Made by a program: the position numbers and the translations under genes. 64,000 nucleotides of DNA, from assembly GCA_964613985.1 (NCBI GenBank), contig CAZTJD010000003.1, positions 35,791 to 99,790 of the forward strand, in the 5' to 3' direction. Numbering within the stretch: the first letter of the stretch is position 1; every line of letters starts with the position of its first letter. The notes under the pieces were generated by a model. The model was given only the letters and a program-made list of their open reading frames with translations, ran no database searches and was not told where the DNA came from. Below are positions 1-10,201 of the stretch, one piece after another. The stretch comes from an uncultured Anaerolineales bacterium (GTDB lineage: Bacteria; Chloroflexota; Anaerolineae; Anaerolineales; UBA11858).

Positions 1-402
1 AATTGCACCGTCACCTGGACCGGTATCAAGGAAGAAATCTCCCAACCAACCGCTGGTATGGGTCAGTAAATGACGCACGGTCACCTTTTTTGTTGCTTCT
101 TCATCCACCACTTTAAAATCTGGTAGGTAGCTACAGACAGTGGCATCCAGGTTTATTTTTCCTGCTTCCACCAGCTTCATGATTAGGGTGCCTGTAAAAG
201 TCTTGGTGATCGATCCAATCTGGAAAAGGGTATCATCCGTCACATCCAGGGGATGATCGCGATTGGTCACCCCAAATCCTCTTGTTTTGATTTCTCCCTG
301 GTGTAGAAGGCCAAGGACTGCCCCAGGAACCTTGTAACTCGACAGGGTGGAATCAGTAAAGGCACATAGCGCTTCCCAGGTCGACTGGTCTTTTGATGTC
401 AT
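1..402 (-). CDS. Serine hydrolase (beta-lactamase/PBP class C-like), 5' part; runs off the window start
   Basis: Manual translation from ATG at 402 gives MTSKDQSTWEAL...KVPGAVLG...TDDTLFQIGSITKTFTG...TVRHLLTHTSG (SxxK and LLTHTSG motifs). AAGGAG RBS upstream. Not in the ORF track because it is truncated. Confidence 0.85.
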   Translation of the reverse strand, partial: MTSKDQSTWEALCAFTDSTLSSYKVPGAVLGLLHQGEIKTRGFGVTNRDHPLDVTDDTLFQIGSITKTFTGTLIMKLVEAGKINLDATVCSYLPDFKVVDEEATKKVTVRHLLTHTSGWLGDFFLDTGPGDGAI

Positions 403-816
403 CAATATCTCCTTCGTTTCCTAAAATCAAGCTAATTAATAGGGTGCGGCTGTTCCTCAGTATCCTTTTTAGATCAGTGGATATTTCACTTACGTCTAAC
501 TAATTCTAATTATAGTCAGAAAGCAATTAACTGCGGAGCGAGATTATCAATGGATAACTTATAACTGATATTCAGATCCCTCTCAATTTTATCGATTCTA
601 TGTCGAATTATCTCCCATTACCAATTCCTCAGCAAAGCAAGATTCTATTATATTGAACATGTTCAACCATATTTCTTTCCTCCAATCCAAAATTCATTCG
701 CGAACGTTCACTGTCTTCAGGAATGAACTGGATTTAATTTTATTAACCAATCGAATTGGACATTTACTACCAGGACACGACCAGAGTCATATATCGCACC
801 ATCAAACCCGTGCGAA

Positions 817-1044
817 TCAATCTGTCAGAAGTGGATATTCAGGGGGTATCCATTTCCAGTGTGGGACATCCCTGCTGCCGAATCCATCACCAACAGGAGC
901 ATTGAACTCAAACCAACCGGAGCCAGCAATTTTAACACCGAAGACCTGCAAGCCAGCAAGATGTGCATCAATTGCTGTGGTTGTTGAAACAACACAGTTT
1001 GAGTTGAATGACAGTTGGAGGTAAACCTCAGTGGGAGCAGTTCC
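817..1044 (-). pseudogene. Possible 3' remnant of an unknown gene (75 stop-free codons, no proper start)
   Basis: Reads GTAPTEVYLQLSFNSNCVVSTTTAIDAHLAGLQVFGVKIAGSGWFEFNAPVGDGFGSRDVPHWKWIPPEYPLLTD*. Bounded upstream by TAG and a repeat end at 1052-1066. Confidence 0.3.
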
Positions 1045-1051
1045 CTATCTT

Positions 1052-1066
1052 ATGATGGACAGACTA
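1052..1066. repeat. Solo copy of MITE-like terminal repeat (ATGATGGACAGACTA)
   Basis: 15/15 identity to 58886-58900. Confidence 0.55.
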
Positions 1067-1502
1067 AAAATCGTCTATCAAAACGCCTCCAACAATAACG
1101 GCTAAGACCCGCTGGGTACGAAATAGCATTTGAGACCAAAAATCTTAAAAACATATCGCATGTTCGTCGAACAGTTCAGGTTTTTCCAAAGGTTCTTAAG
1201 CCAAGAAAACGGAAGACTTGCTGCCTGCCCATTTTCTTTGATATACTACTTGTTGGCAATATCACCATATAAACGGCGAAGATTGAAAGTACAAAGTCAA
1301 TCTGTCTTTTTTTATCGAGATAGCAATCACAATCTCACTCATAAGCATGTTCCCGGACAACCCTTACCTATTGAATCGATCCTTACCGAGAATGTTAACC
1401 TGCACCCAAGCAAACATAAATTAAGTCAGTAAAAAATAATTTCATACCCGCACTGGAAAAAGACTCTACCTTAATTCACATCCAAAGTCGAAGGAAAAAA
1501 CT

Positions 1503-2711
1503 GTGTTCCCCCCAGAAAAGATCGATGAATGGATCCTGGAAGCCCGTCAAAGGCCCTCTTCCACCCCCATCATCATCCAATACATTGCAAATCGCCTGCG
1601 CGACCTAAGCGAATGGAACGAAAAACTCCGTGTCGAGAACATTGAACTCCGCAGTGGTCAGCGAGTTGAGGAATACGAACGAACCATTTCTCATCTCGAA
1701 TATCAGCTTGAGTTGCTCAAACGCCAGATAGGTGGAGAGATAAACCTGGATACGTTTACCGATATAACCGCTGCAGTAGAAACCCATTCTTACAACCTTC
1801 TGGTCTACAGTCCAGGGGGTCGCGTCGCTCGTTTGGAGCTCGATCCAACATTTTTTGACGGGGAAGGAATAATATGCCGTTTTAACGGGATGCAAGAACA
1901 GGGAGGTGAACAACCTCGAATTCTGGTCGTTCCTCAAACTGATGAACTGATGTTTATTTTTAATTCCGGGCGAATTATTTCCTTTCCAGTCGCTGCCCTT
2001 CCTCCTAGCCAGGTATCCCCAGGAGAGATCGCCTGGTCAGAAGCCTATGTCCCCGAAGAGCCCAATCTTGGCGAGACTCTAGCTTGCGTTGTGCCAGTAT
2101 CCCGCATAGCCTTGGCTGATTTCTTCCTACAAGTTAGCCGTCGTGGCTTTACCAAAAAAATCCGAACCGCTCTAGCCCCTACTATTATGGACAACAAGTT
2201 TATCGGCACCGGCGTCAAACTTCCTGCTGATCAGACAATGACCCTGATGATAAGCAGCACGGATGACACATTCGTCCTGGTCAGTTATGAGGGTTATCTA
2301 CAGTTCATCCCCGAAGGTATGTTGCCCTTTGCTATCGTTGAAGCGATGCGTCTTGGTAAGACCGACCACCTGGTTGCCGCCTTTCCCACTCATCAACAAC
2401 AGTCAATCCTGATCATGACCCAAATCGGTAAGGTCATCCACCGTACAGTGGACAGCCTGGATACTGCCCCTGACCTGGCGCGAAAAGGTACCATGCTATA
2501 TACCACTACCCGGAGAGAAGCCGGGGTGCGCGTTATTGGCGCCTCGGCAGTCAATCTAGGGGACTGGTCCATAGCTCTCCACAGTGGTGGTCAGGTTACA
2601 CTGCACCCCATCAAGGATTTGATCGGCAAAGGTGCCATCAATGTTTATGGTAAGTTGCTGGATTTTTCTACCTTTCATCATCCAAAATTTAATTCAAGCG
2701 TGAAGGAATAG
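1503..2711 (+). CDS. Coiled-coil protein with GyrA/ParC C-terminal beta-pinwheel-like repeats (stand-alone, no catalytic topoisomerase domain)
   Basis: N-terminal heptad region (LRDLSEWNEKLRVENIELR...LEYQLELLKRQ). Six blade-like motifs follow: NLLVYSPGGRV, ELMFIFNSGRI, FFLQVSRRGFTKK, TFVLVSYEGYL, SILIMTQIGKV, WSIALHSGGQV. Confidence 0.65.
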   Translation: MFPPEKIDEWILEARQRPSSTPIIIQYIANRLRDLSEWNEKLRVENIELRSGQRVEEYERTISHLEYQLELLKRQIGGEINLDTFTDITAAVETHSYNLLVYSPGGRVARLELDPTFFDGEGIICRFNGMQEQGGEQPRILVVPQTDELMFIFNSGRIISFPVAALPPSQVSPGEIAWSEAYVPEEPNLGETLACVVPVSRIALADFFLQVSRRGFTKKIRTALAPTIMDNKFIGTGVKLPADQTMTLMISSTDDTFVLVSYEGYLQFIPEGMLPFAIVEAMRLGKTDHLVAAFPTHQQQSILIMTQIGKVIHRTVDSLDTAPDLARKGTMLYTTTRREAGVRVIGASAVNLGDWSIALHSGGQVTLHPIKDLIGKGAINVYGKLLDFSTFHHPKFNSSVKE

Positions 2712-2717
2712 AGGACA

Positions 2718-4061
2718 ATGAGTATAAGCATTGGCCTTGACTTCGGCACCTCAAACTCCGGTGTGGGCATCCTGAATGGGGATACAATAACATTACTACC
2801 CCTCGATCCGAAGAATGTGCTCCCTGAGGTGATGAAAAGCATCCTCTATGTAACTCGTGAGCACCAGCATTTCATTGGTCAGGAAGCCATCGAACTTTAC
2901 TACCAGCATAATGTCAACCGCGTCCGCCGCTTCGAGAAACGTTGGGCAGGAGCGATCCGCATCCTCGCCTCTGAGGTTGATTACATGCACGATGTCTTCG
3001 TCGAAGTCGATGTGCTCAAACCCGGACGCCTGCTGCAATACCTCAAGACCATCCTGCGTAAAGGGAGCGGTGCAGCCGATATCCACGGTACCCAGATGTT
3101 TGATCGCTACTATAGCGTTACCGACCTGGTACGCGTCTATTTACAGGCTTTGAAAAGACGTGCTGAGGATTTGCTCAAGGAGGAAATTGATACCGTTACC
3201 CTTGGTCGACCAGTGAAGTTCTCCGATGACGACATCCTGGACCGGCAAGCCCAGGAGAACCTGCGAGATGCTGCTTTAGGAGCAGGTTTTCTGCAGGTTG
3301 AATTTGAGTTAGAACCAGTAGCAGCAGCCTTTTTTTATGAACGAACTATGACCAGTCCCCAGAATGTCCTGGTCTTCGATTTCGGTGGGGGTACATTAGA
3401 TATCGCCATTATCCGTCTGGGTGATCCACATGACCGTCAGATTTTCGCAAGCGGAGGAATCGACATTGCAGGCACCGACTTCGACCGTGCCATCATCGAG
3501 AGACGTCTGCTACCTCACTTCGGTCAAGGCAGCATCCATCACCTTCCAGAAATCCAGGATCTGATCGAAACCGTCCCCGATTGGATCGCGCTACCCGAGT
3601 TAAGCACACCCATCATTAAGAACACACTAGATAAAGCTATCCAAAACGGAATCGCACCAGTCCGCTTACAAACCCTGCGCTCCTTAATCTTCGATGACCT
3701 GGCGTTCTCCTTTTATAACCAGGTGGAAGCAGCCAAGATCGCCCTTTCGGAACAAGGTGCCACCCTGATCCAAATCCAAACCGGGACTCTTGACTTATGG
3801 GAGTTATACACACGCGCCCAGTTCGAGGCAGATATTGCCGATTACAAAGAGAAAATAGAGGTCGTCCTGTTGGATACAGTCGTCAAGTCCGGGTTAAAAC
3901 CAGAGCAGATCGATGCCGTTGTCAGGACTGGGGGTTCGTCCAACATTCCCTTATTTGTTAAGATGTTGGAGAAGATCTTCGGCAGAGGTAAAGTTATCGC
4001 GTCCAACACCTTCAGCAGTGTTACCGCAGGGCTGGCTATTAAGGCTGCAAACCTTCCCTAA
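2718..4061 (+). CDS. Hsp70-family ATPase, YegD-like (NBD only)
   Basis: IGLDFGTSNS, TLGRPVKFS, EPVAAA, VFDFGGGTLD, VRTGGSS motifs. 447 aa with no substrate-binding domain. Confidence 0.88.
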   Translation: MSISIGLDFGTSNSGVGILNGDTITLLPLDPKNVLPEVMKSILYVTREHQHFIGQEAIELYYQHNVNRVRRFEKRWAGAIRILASEVDYMHDVFVEVDVLKPGRLLQYLKTILRKGSGAADIHGTQMFDRYYSVTDLVRVYLQALKRRAEDLLKEEIDTVTLGRPVKFSDDDILDRQAQENLRDAALGAGFLQVEFELEPVAAAFFYERTMTSPQNVLVFDFGGGTLDIAIIRLGDPHDRQIFASGGIDIAGTDFDRAIIERRLLPHFGQGSIHHLPEIQDLIETVPDWIALPELSTPIIKNTLDKAIQNGIAPVRLQTLRSLIFDDLAFSFYNQVEAAKIALSEQGATLIQIQTGTLDLWELYTRAQFEADIADYKEKIEVVLLDTVVKSGLKPEQIDAVVRTGGSSNIPLFVKMLEKIFGRGKVIASNTFSSVTAGLAIKAANLP

Positions 4062-4181
4062 ATCTCCAAAAGAAGGTGGACCAGGATCCAGTTACATGGG
4101 ATTATCACCGTTTTTCTCATTTTTCCTTTGTTTTGTTTTCACATATGACAAACGAGTGATAATGTCACAGGAATCACAGCA

Positions 4182-4742
4182 ATGGTACCCGATTGGACAT
4201 CTGTAATAATTGGGATAGGTTTAGCGATGGATGCTTTTACTGTCTCCCTGGGTATAGGTACAACAGGTCAGGCAAATTCTCATAGAGCAAAATTTCGATT
4301 GATCTTCCATTTCGGTCTTTTTCAGGCAGGGATGACCATTATTGGCTGGTTTACAGGCAGCACTTTGGCGCAATACATACAGGCCTTCGATCACTGGATT
4401 GCTCTGGTGCTTCTAACCTACGTTGGAGGCAATATGATCCGCTCAGGCCTGAAACCAGAGACCGAAAATTACCTGGTCGATCCCTCCAAAGGTGCTCTCC
4501 TGATCATCCTCAGCATTGCGACCAGCATTGATGCCATGGCGGTTGGTTTAAGCATGGCAATACTCAATGAACCCTGGCTGATCCCTTCACTCATCATCGG
4601 GATTGTCACCTGGATTTTTTCCAGCGTGGGAAACTTCGCCGGGGATAAACTTGGTCGGAAATTTGGGAAAAAAATGGAAATATTAGGCGGATTGATCCTG
4701 GTGGGGATTGGAATCCGGGTCGTTGTCACCCATATATATTGA
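4182..4742 (+). CDS. mntP: Manganese efflux pump MntP family
   Basis: GLAMDAFTVS, FGLFQAGM, DHWIA, ATSIDAMAVG, GKKMEILGGLILVGIG; hydrophobic throughout. Confidence 0.9.
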   Translation: MVPDWTSVIIGIGLAMDAFTVSLGIGTTGQANSHRAKFRLIFHFGLFQAGMTIIGWFTGSTLAQYIQAFDHWIALVLLTYVGGNMIRSGLKPETENYLVDPSKGALLIILSIATSIDAMAVGLSMAILNEPWLIPSLIIGIVTWIFSSVGNFAGDKLGRKFGKKMEILGGLILVGIGIRVVVTHIY

Positions 4743-5005
4743 AAAACATTCACTCAAACACATTAGCTTCTCAGGCCAATCACTTCCAGGGACTGGTGTT
4801 GCTTGAATGTTTGGATCCAACAAGGTTTGGTCAATCATCTATGCGCTATTTTTTTTACAGGCCTGGTTGTTCAATCAGGAACCAGCAGGGGGCTTAGAAA
4901 TCAAATTTTGGGGATATAAAGCCGTTTAAAATACTGTGAGTGAAACATACTTTTCCCTAATTGGGAGAACCAGGATCGAAAACCCGATTCCCTGGATTTT
5001 ATTGC

Positions 5006-5035
5006 ATCCATGTCAATCTTATTCTTGACATGGAT
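5006..5035. promoter_or_regulatory. Perfect 11-bp inverted repeat, possible operator
   Basis: ATCCATGTCAA-N8-TTGACATGGAT, about 220 bp upstream of the amine dehydrogenase-like gene. Confidence 0.35.
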
Positions 5036-5254
5036 TAATGCTAAAGAAAACATATAACGGATAGAAGTTAACCAGATGGATGAGTAGGAGAATACCAGCA
5101 ATCAATAATAGGATGATTCCACAGTACTTTGTCCTTTCATCCTTCCTCATGATAGAATTCCAGCGGTTGATTCTTACGATCCCGGATTGGTATCAACCTA
5201 TTTCCCGGCAGTGTAAACACCGCCCTTTGGGTAGAAATGAACAGGAAATGATCC

Positions 5255-7318
5255 ATGAGCCATCCATTTGATATTCTTTTCGAGCCGGTGCTCATTGGCC
5301 CAGTGGTTGCACCAAACCGCTTCTTCCAGGTTCCTCACTGCAACGGTATGGGGCATCGCCTGCCTCGCTCTCTTGCTGCTATGCGCGGAATCAAAGCCGA
5401 AGGTGGTTGGGGCGTGGTTTGCACCGAGGAGACTGAGATTCATCACAGCAGTGATCTATCGCCCAACATCGAAGGTCGCATCTGGGACGATGGCGATATC
5501 CCTGCTTTGCGGCTGGTCACCGAGGCCATCCACCAGCATGGTGCCTTAGCTGGTATCGAACTGACTTATAGCGGTTACCATGCCTGGAATCTATTCTCCC
5601 GCACCCCGGGCCTAGGTCCTCGTTCCCTCCGCCGAGATTACAACCCAGGGCAGACTCGTCGCATGGACAAAGACGATATTCGGGAGGTCCGCCGTTGGCA
5701 TACGAAGGCTGCCTTACGTGCTAAACAGGCAGGCTTCGACTTGATCTACTGCTATGCCGGTCACAACCTTTCCCTAGCAATGCACTTCTTACTCTCGCGC
5801 TACAATGATCGCATGGATGAATACGGTGGGAGCCTCCAGAACCGTGTGCGCTTCCTACGGGAGCTAGTGGAAGATACGCGTGACGCCGTTGGCGATACTT
5901 GCGCCATAGCCCTGCGATTGGCGGTGGAAGAACTTTTGGGGGAGGACGGCATCAGCGCTCAGGGTGAAGGGTATGACATCCTGGCCATGCTCGCTGAATT
6001 TCCCGACCTTTGGGACGTAAATATCAGCGATTGGATCAACGATTCCGGTTCATCACGCTTCGATAAAGAGGGTTTCCAGGAGAAATACATCACCTTTGTC
6101 AAGTCTCTAACCAGCAAACCCATCGTCGGTGTGGGCCGTTACACAACCCCTGAAGCGATGGCATCGGCTGTACGGCGCGGTCTGGTGGACCTGGTCGGGG
6201 CAGCCCGTCCTTCCATCGCTGATCCATTCCTACCGCAGAAGGTCCGTCAAGAACGGGGGGAAGAACTCCAGATGGTTTATTCGAGTATCCGTGAATGCAT
6301 CGGCTGTAACATCTGCGTCAGTGCTGACCAATTGTTCGTCCCCATCCGCTGCACCCAGAACCCGACCATGGGCGAGGAGTGGCGCCGCGGCTGGCACCCG
6401 GAGATTATCCCACCAAAGAATAGCGAGAAGACCGTCCTGGTGGTCGGTGGGGGTCCTGCTGGATTGGAATGCGCCCGTGCCTTGGGGCAACGGGGATACA
6501 ACGTCCTTCTTACTGAAGCACGCCGAGAGATGGGCGGTCGGGTTACCCTGGAATCAAAGCTACCGGGCTTCAGCGAATGGCGACGGGTGGTGGACTGGCG
6601 CTTAACTGAGATCGAGAAAATGCCCAATGTCACCCTTTACCCTGGCAGCCCGATGAAAGTGGAAGACATTCAAGACTCTGGGGTGCGCAACGTGTTCTTA
6701 GCGACCGGTGCAACCTGGCGCCGTGATGGTATTGGTGCTACTCTCTGGCAGCCCGTCTTGGGGCATGACCAACCAAAGGTCTTCACACCCGATGACTTGA
6801 TGGCAGAACAATACCCCACTGGGCAGGTGATCATTTTTGACGATGATCACTATTATATGGGCGCTGCCCTGGCTGAACGCCTGGTGGAAGTGGGATGCCG
6901 GGTTTCTTTGGTCACCCCGGCACCTCAGGTCTCTTGTTGGTCCACCTACACCCTGGAGCAGGAGCGAACACAGAAGCGCCTGATCAGGTTAGGGGTGGAA
7001 CTATGTACCACGCACAGACTGGATGCCATTTATCCAGGCGCTGTAATCGCGACAAGTACAGTTACAGGGAACAATCGCCAGCTTACCTGTGATGCTGTCG
7101 TCCTGGTGACCGACCGTGAACCTAACGATAAGCTTTACCATACCCTAAAATCTGCCTTAACAGCAGGGGAAATAGACTCGCTATGCCGGATTGGTGATGC
7201 CGATGCTCCCAACCTTATCGCCCAAGCTGTCTATTCTGGTCATCTCGCCGCTCGCGAGTTTGACGAATCCCACACTGACAGTCCCCCCTTTCGACGTGAG
7301 TTCCCTTCTTTGTCCTAG
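5255..7318 (+). CDS. Histamine/trimethylamine dehydrogenase-like flavoprotein (OYE barrel + 4Fe-4S + ADP-binding domain)
   Basis: FFQVPHCNGMG (Cys for covalent FMN), YCYAGH, ARPSIADP, CIGCNIC...RCTQNPTMGEEWRRGWHPE, VVGGGPAG. Confidence 0.88.
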   Translation: MSHPFDILFEPVLIGPVVAPNRFFQVPHCNGMGHRLPRSLAAMRGIKAEGGWGVVCTEETEIHHSSDLSPNIEGRIWDDGDIPALRLVTEAIHQHGALAGIELTYSGYHAWNLFSRTPGLGPRSLRRDYNPGQTRRMDKDDIREVRRWHTKAALRAKQAGFDLIYCYAGHNLSLAMHFLLSRYNDRMDEYGGSLQNRVRFLRELVEDTRDAVGDTCAIALRLAVEELLGEDGISAQGEGYDILAMLAEFPDLWDVNISDWINDSGSSRFDKEGFQEKYITFVKSLTSKPIVGVGRYTTPEAMASAVRRGLVDLVGAARPSIADPFLPQKVRQERGEELQMVYSSIRECIGCNICVSADQLFVPIRCTQNPTMGEEWRRGWHPEIIPPKNSEKTVLVVGGGPAGLECARALGQRGYNVLLTEARREMGGRVTLESKLPGFSEWRRVVDWRLTEIEKMPNVTLYPGSPMKVEDIQDSGVRNVFLATGATWRRDGIGATLWQPVLGHDQPKVFTPDDLMAEQYPTGQVIIFDDDHYYMGAALAERLVEVGCRVSLVTPAPQVSCWSTYTLEQERTQKRLIRLGVELCTTHRLDAIYPGAVIATSTVTGNNRQLTCDAVVLVTDREPNDKLYHTLKSALTAGEIDSLCRIGDADAPNLIAQAVYSGHLAAREFDESHTDSPPFRREFPSLS

Positions 7319-7340
7319 TGCCCCCTAAAACCTCTCTACA

Positions 7341-7349
7341 TGTTAGAAT
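7341..7349 (+). promoter_or_regulatory. Extended -10 promoter, probable leaderless start of rarA
   Basis: TG-T-TAGAAT followed by 6 nt and the ATG; no SD sequence. Confidence 0.55.
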
Positions 7350-7355
7350 CGAACC

Positions 7356-8768
7356 ATGGATCTCTTTAATCATGCCTTGACTGAACGATTGCACACAGAG
7401 GCGCCTCTTGCTGCCCGAATGCGACCGCGAACCATTGAAGAGTATGTCGGTCAGCTGCACATTATCGGACCTGGCAAACTCTTACGACGGGCAATCGAGG
7501 CGGATCGCCTGTTCTCTTCCATCATTCTGTGGGGACCGCCCGGTACCGGGAAGACCACTTTAGCAATGGTCATCGCTAACCAAACCCAATCCCACTTCGA
7601 AACCCTCTCTGCTGTCCTGGACGGAAAGCCTCGCCTACGAGAGGTGATCGACCAGACAATTGAGAGACGCCGACTCTATAATAAACGTACTATCCTGTTC
7701 ATCGACGAGGTCCACCGCTGGAATAAAGCCCAGCAGGATGCCCTACTGCCCCATGTTGAGAACGGCACCATCACCCTGATCGGTGCCACCACGGAGAATC
7801 CATATTTTGAGGTGATTGGTGCTCTGGTCAGTCGTTCGCGTGTTTTCCAGCTGCGCGCCCTACAGGATGAGGATGTACGCATCCTACTGGCTCGTGCTAT
7901 CACAGATGAAGCACGGGGCTATGGCAAGAAGGATATTGTACTGACACCTGATGCCGAACAACATCTAGTGAATGTTTCCGGCGGTGATGCCCGTAACGCT
8001 CTCAATGCCTTAGAGTTAGCGGTAGAATCAACCCCCCCCGGTAAGGACGGTGTGATCCTTATTGCCCTGGAGGTTGCCCAGGAGTCGATCCAGCGTCGGG
8101 CGGTGCTTTATGACAAGGATGGCGACTCTCACTATGATACCATCTCGGCCTTTATCAAATCAGTGCGCGGCTCAGATCCCGATGCCGCTCTTTACTGGTT
8201 GGCGAAAATGCTCTATGCTGGGGAAGATCCCCGATTCATCTTGCGCCGTCTGGTTATCCTGGCTGGAGAGGACATCGGCCTGGCAGACCCGATGGGCTTG
8301 GTCGTCACCAGTTCTGCCATCCAGGCATTCGAGTTCATCGGCCTGCCAGAAGGCATCTACCCCATCGTGGAAGCTACCCTCTACCTTTCTACTGCCCCGA
8401 AATCCAACACTGCCACTCATTATTTCAAAGCTTTCCAGCTGATCGAGGACGAAGGAGTAGTGGAGGTTCCCAATCACCTCAAAGACAGCAACCGCGACGC
8501 TGTTGCCCTTGGTCACGGTAAGGGCTACCAATACCCTCATGAGTACCAGGAACATTTTACCCCGCAACAATACCTGCCCCGGGATATCCTGGGCACATAT
8601 TTTTACAATCCTTCCGACCAGGGCTACGAAGCTGTCATTCGGGATCGCCTGGATCGCTGGCGCATCGCCCAACGAAAAGCCCTAGGCATCAGCCGGGCTG
8701 AGACCCTGCCGGATTTGTCAGAAGATCAAATTGATGAAGTTAAGCATAAACATAAATCAACCAGGTGA
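7356..8768 (+). CDS. rarA: Replication-associated recombination protein RarA/MgsA (AAA+)
   Basis: PLAARMRP, GPPGTGKTT, FIDEVHRWNKAQQDALLP, HYDTISAFIKSVRGSDPDAALYW, EDIGLADP. Confidence 0.95.
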   Translation: MDLFNHALTERLHTEAPLAARMRPRTIEEYVGQLHIIGPGKLLRRAIEADRLFSSIILWGPPGTGKTTLAMVIANQTQSHFETLSAVLDGKPRLREVIDQTIERRRLYNKRTILFIDEVHRWNKAQQDALLPHVENGTITLIGATTENPYFEVIGALVSRSRVFQLRALQDEDVRILLARAITDEARGYGKKDIVLTPDAEQHLVNVSGGDARNALNALELAVESTPPGKDGVILIALEVAQESIQRRAVLYDKDGDSHYDTISAFIKSVRGSDPDAALYWLAKMLYAGEDPRFILRRLVILAGEDIGLADPMGLVVTSSAIQAFEFIGLPEGIYPIVEATLYLSTAPKSNTATHYFKAFQLIEDEGVVEVPNHLKDSNRDAVALGHGKGYQYPHEYQEHFTPQQYLPRDILGTYFYNPSDQGYEAVIRDRLDRWRIAQRKALGISRAETLPDLSEDQIDEVKHKHKSTR

Positions 8769-8952
8769 CCAGCAGATCACATTATGAGTAGATCAAAGAC
8801 TGATGAATGGTCATAAGGGATTTGTTACTTGTGGTAGGTTAAAAGTTGCTGAACCTCTAGTTTAATAAACTTCTCCTATAACTCGTCACGGATAACATGT
8901 AGCAGGATCCCATTGGTTAGTCCAACATACCCAAACATATATCTATCACATT

Positions 8953-9576
8953 ATGCCCACAATTTTCCTCATCCGTCACGCCGAAAACGAATATGTCACC
9001 AAGGGACGCCTGGCAGGCCGTCTACCTGCTATCCATCTCAACGAATTCGGTAGAGAACAGTCAGCAGCCCTGTCAGATAAACTATCAAAGGTACCCCTCA
9101 AGGCTATCTACTCCAGCCCCCTGGAGCGATGTCTGGAAACCGCCCAACCACTCGCTGATGCCTTAAAGCTAGAAATCATTCCCCGAGAAGGGTTGATTGA
9201 GATAGATTTTGGCGAATGGCAGGGCTGCACCCTAAAGCAACTTTGCCGTCGCAAGTTGTGGAAGAGTGTCCAAGACAACCCCTCCCGGATGCATTTTCCT
9301 GGAGGCGAGACTTTTATCAGCGCCCAGCTACGTGTCGTGACTGAACTAGAAGCGATCAGTAAAATCCACAAACCCAAGGACCTAGTCGCCTGCTTCACCC
9401 ATGCCGATATCATTCGCCTGGCACTTGCTTACTACATCGGAACCCCACTTGATCTTTTCCAGCGGGTCGCAGTCTCCCCTGCTTCTATCAGCACATTACA
9501 TTTGAGTGAGAGCGAGACAAGAGTTCTGAATGTGAATAATTCGGTGATATTTGGTTTTGAGAGGCATGGAAAGTGA
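8953..9576 (+). CDS. Histidine phosphatase / MSMEG_4193-family putative phosphomutase
   Basis: LIRHA, LAGR, YSSPLERCLETA, EIDFGEWQG, THADII, PLDLFQR. Confidence 0.85.
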   Translation: MPTIFLIRHAENEYVTKGRLAGRLPAIHLNEFGREQSAALSDKLSKVPLKAIYSSPLERCLETAQPLADALKLEIIPREGLIEIDFGEWQGCTLKQLCRRKLWKSVQDNPSRMHFPGGETFISAQLRVVTELEAISKIHKPKDLVACFTHADIIRLALAYYIGTPLDLFQRVAVSPASISTLHLSESETRVLNVNNSVIFGFERHGK

Positions 9577-10201
9577 AAAGTTGTCTCTGATAAAATAGGG
9601 ATAAATAATCTTGTCCTCAATTGTCGTTTCCCTCTATCGCTATGATTGTTCAGGTTATTTAGCCATCTTTTCAGGGAACCAAACGATCTTTCAGAATCGG
9701 TATAATTTACAATTCTGATAGGAAACAGAGCATGAATCTAGAGGGAAATGAACTTGGTTGTGTATATAATAACCATATAGTGAGTTAGGATGTGTAGAGG
9801 ATCTCTCACGCGTAATACGATGGTAGCCGGAAAATAAAAGAAGCTCAATGGATACTTCGAAAACGAGGCTTAAGAGATCATCAATCGTAATCAGACTGCC
9901 GGTAACTGGACGATGTTGACCCTGGCTCAAGTCTTTTTTAGCCATTCTGACTACACATTATAAGTTTTACCATATCTTTTTGCAGCCAATCACTTTAAGT
10001 GCACGAACGAACGAAAAGCTCTTGAAGATATGAACATTCTGATCACCTTATGGCTGAAGGAACGATTTTTTACAGGACAGAAAAATGCCCTATCCAGGCA
10101 TCGTGAGGGTAGAAAGCGCTGAGAATGTGGAAACAACATTGATAATATTAAGCAGAATCTGAAAGGATCAGGGGAGATGCGATCCTTTACAAGGAAAGAT
10201 T

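Noticed and set aside
1081-1120. attC-like GCCTCCAAC...TAAC sequence
   Set aside because: No matching inverse core, no second copy and no integron integrase.
653-1432. Plus-strand ORFs of 123 and 100 aa
   Set aside because: TTG starts with no RBS, atypical composition and no motifs.
4062-4181. Possible yybP-ykoY (Mn2+) riboswitch upstream of mntP
   Set aside because: Could not recognise the conserved core or a four-way junction in this short region.
9577-10201. AT-rich spacer with an 84-aa ORF
   Set aside because: No recognisable homology, repeat or RNA structure by eye.
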